A stretch of DNA of 64,000 bases from Antedon mediterranea (taxonomy: Eukaryota > Animalia > Echinodermata), in the NCBI RefSeq assembly GCF_964355755.1, contig NC_092671.1:35784304-35848303 (forward strand). The letters are read 5' to 3'. Below the pieces are notes generated by a model that did not search any database, was not told the origin of the DNA, and saw only the letters and a list, made by a program, of their open reading frames with translations. Positions 61,201 through 64,000 of the stretch are shown here, piece by piece; the stretch's first letter is position 1, and each line of letters starts with the position of its first letter. Both the position numbers and the translations under genes were made by a program.

Positions 61201-63818
61201 AAATGTATAACTGATAATAATAATACTGATGTATTTATGTAAATTTAAACTTGTGTACTGTACATGTTGTAATTAACAGAATGTATATTGTAGTCTATAG
61301 GAGTTGAGGAAATAGAACGTCATGAGCATGCGTTAACGAGAAAAGCATTTATGAAATGGCGGGAAACAGACAATATAATGATACTTGGAAGTAAACGCGC
61401 CAAGCGTTTGCCAATCTTCTCCTTTTTGATACTGAACCCTCAATCTGGGAAGATTCTGCACCACAACTTTGTAGCAGCTGTTTTTAATGATTTATATGGA
61501 ATACAGGCAAGAGGAGGATGCGCATGCGCCGGACCCTATGCACAGGTATGGTATAATTTACATTTTTCAACCGATACAACCACATTTACTAATTTAAATA
61601 AACTGTTCAGCTTGATGAGTCATACTGGTATGTTGTTTCAAACCGTTTCGAATAAAACAAACAAACGTTCTTGGGAATACCCAGTTTTTAAAAATCTTTA
61701 TAAAATGGTTAATGCGTATGCGTAAGTTATTAACAACAGATCATCATGCAAACAAAGTTCAGTAAAACAAAAATACTATTGTATATAGTATTGTATATAG
61801 TATATATATTTATATTTTTATAATACAATAAACTGAAATATTTAATATTTATAAAGTTTGTACGATGATATTTTATTTCAGGATCTTTTGGGAATAAATG
61901 AAGATTTAGCTGAAAAGTTCACATACTTTTTACTAGACGATGAGTAAGTTTTAATTTCGTATTTTAAATACGTATTGAACTTCGCCATTATGTTTGTAAA
62001 TTGTTGGACTATCTCTCTTTATCTTTGATTTGGATTGATTTAACCTACGGTTTATTGTTATTATTTATAGGGAAAGACAAAAGAAACACGGTATAACATT
62101 TTCAGGGTCATTGGGAATTATGAAGTAAGTTTAGATTTTAACTCAGATTTTTTAAGACCTACATTCTCACTCAGGACGATAAAAGTATATTGATTGAAAC
62201 GTCGAGAAACTCAACAGTTCTTTTCAGAACTTTATATCAACAAGACCTAGATTGTCTACATAAAATCGGATATCTTAAGTTTTGTAGACCTACAAAACTC
62301 AGATAAATTTTTCTTTGTACGATATACAAAAATCCATTGAGATTAATAAAAATAAACTTCTCCTCGTTTTATTTTTAGACCGGGTTTTGTTCGACTCAAT
62401 TTACCTTTCTTCAACTCTAAGGAAACAATTGACTTCATCTTAGATGCAGTTGAAGATGTTGCCAACAATGCATGGAAATTATTGCCGCAAGTATGTCATA
62501 TCATTTCCATCATACCTGATATTATCATGGGATTAGTTATTCAGCCGGCGGCGGTGGGGTTATCCACTGTCCCTTTATATTGGTTTGATCCCTTAGTTCA
62601 ACCGAGGGCATGTGAGAACTTTAACCGTATATCTAAGGACACGTTGAAAACAAACTTTTGGGTCTTCAGTTGTTATCCATCACCGGATTAAATCTCATTC
62701 TGAACTTATGTAGGTCAACTTTAGAGTGCTACACCACTATTAGTAAACCTAATGTATATGTTTAGCATAAATATTAAAACTTTATTCATCTGATTCGGCA
62801 AAATAATCCAAAGAAAGGAATTTTAATACTGATAGTAATCAATAAAATAATGAGTTTAAAAACGTTTTGTAATGTGCTCTAAGGACTCATTATTAAATTC
62901 TTATTACTTACCACTAATTGTAATAAATTATCCCAAGCATACCTCTGCTCCAAAAACATTCAGTTTGGAAAATACTTTTACAACATGTCCATATAAAGTT
63001 ATCGGTGACATTTACATAAAATGGTACCGTATTAGAGTATTAATACAATACAATACAATAATTCACGATGACCTGACGGTGACCTGATTGTGAAATTGAT
63101 GCGCATAAAGTACCGTCCAAACATAATTATAGCCGAATGGTAATTACAAAGTACCCCATCTCAAACATGGCGAATTTTGGTCCTGCGATTTAATATTCAA
63201 GACATTTTAGTAGTCCACTTTAAAATGGAAATTCACTTTTCTTGGCGTAACTAAGACAATGAAACAACAAAGAAAATACATCAAATTACAAAAGGCAAGA
63301 GGCAGTTAAAGTTGAAAATTAAAATACAAATTGTTTTTTAAAGAAATAGAGTAGAGATTTGGGGTGTGTGCTAGTAGGCCTATATGATATACCGTAGATT
63401 ATGCAAAATTGGCTTTCTAAATCCTGAAATGTGAAATTATTTTTTTGATATTTATAAACATTTTTTTCAATTAAATACAGTACCGTTATGAAGCTGGGAG
63501 TGGAGGATGGGAGCATCGGAGCTCAACAAAAACCGGAACCGATAGCCTGTTGAACGCTAAATTAATGGGCGGGAAATTCAAAGCGCCTTCCAGTCCTTAT
63601 ACTAATTCTCGAAAACTTCGTAACAATACCAACATGCATACGGACGCAAACTTACCAGTAAGTACGCAATGAAGATTATGTATTAATGTATTCTCAAATG
63701 TACTGGAATTATTACGTTATTGTTACGTTATAGATGAGTAAAACATCATTATTGTTATTTGAAACAGGAATACCTTGAGCACGCTAAACAGGTGTACGCT
63801 GATGCAGAAAAAGAACAG
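52296..63818 (+). CDS. PLP-dependent class-V aminotransferase / SufS-like cysteine desulfurase family protein with acidic N-terminal extension; 3' end off-window
   Basis: Exons 52296-52869, 54678-54708, 55375-55618, 55849-55914, 56159-56224, 57178-57319, 58715-58760, 60057-60133, 60368-60441, 60551-60661, 61294-61545, 61882-61943, 62071-62124, 62379-62490, 63481-63657, 63768-63818 splice in frame with GT-AG. Motifs YCDYTASGR, YANTHT, FTGSGTTG, EHHSNLLPW, SNVTG, WDYA, SPHKFVGGPG (PLP lysine), EEGGTP, RGGCACAGPY, KPGFVR. Confidence 0.9.
53039..53147 (-). mobile_element. Short Helentron/DINE-like element related to 816-947
   Basis: ACAAGGCCATATCCATGGC...AGTCGCGTG...CCGACCGACCAACCGACATAGTGAGCTGTAGAGTCGTGTTTGCACGCGATTAAAAA. 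Confidence 0.7.
58825..59001. repeat. 21-bp minisatellite (~7 units, 58858-59001) inside a one-ended MITE of the 39096 family
   Basis: GTGATATGCCCAAA(T/A)ATGGTA head-to-tail, preceded by AAGCTCCGTCTACACT. Confidence 0.92.
61082..61170. mobile_element. Short MITE, same family as 39096
   Basis: AAGCTCTGTCTACACT ... AGTGTAGACAGAGCTT, perfect 16-bp TIR. Confidence 0.85.
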
Positions 63819-64000
63819 GTAAATACTCATTAATATTCATATAATAATTCTGACACCTATAAATCTGACATCTGGAGACTATTGGGTCACATACATATAG
63901 ACAAGACCCATGTACACCAGCCAACACAATACGCAATAGGCTATTATTTCAGCAACACTACCAATATAACATTTCGAGGAAGACCAAGAACCACCCTACA

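Overview
Eukaryotic, AT-rich, intron-containing genomic DNA, probably from a marine invertebrate such as an echinoderm (inferred from gene and repeat style only). Positions 1-43.3 kb hold a head-to-tail + strand array of type-B carboxylesterase/cholinesterase-like genes sharing one 8-exon structure: five intact close paralogs, one divergent intact paralog and two truncated copies. A ~9.16-kb unit (truncated copy + foreign repeat block + intact gene) is recently duplicated in tandem. From 52.3 kb an intron-rich PLP-dependent class-V aminotransferase (SufS-like cysteine desulfurase family) with an acidic N-terminal extension runs off the window. Mobile elements include a young LINE inside a pseudogene exon, Harbinger-like and other TIR elements, a Helitron, Helentron/DINE-like elements, a Penelope remnant and a higher-order satellite. 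The most unusual signal is a dense set of apparent DNA-transposon excision scars: about 40 TAGGCCTA sites, three shown to be insertions by paralog comparison, and two 23-30 bp palindromes flanked by GTNNNAC 7-bp duplications. No CRISPR, tRNA or rRNA genes are supported. All coordinates and counts were read by eye.
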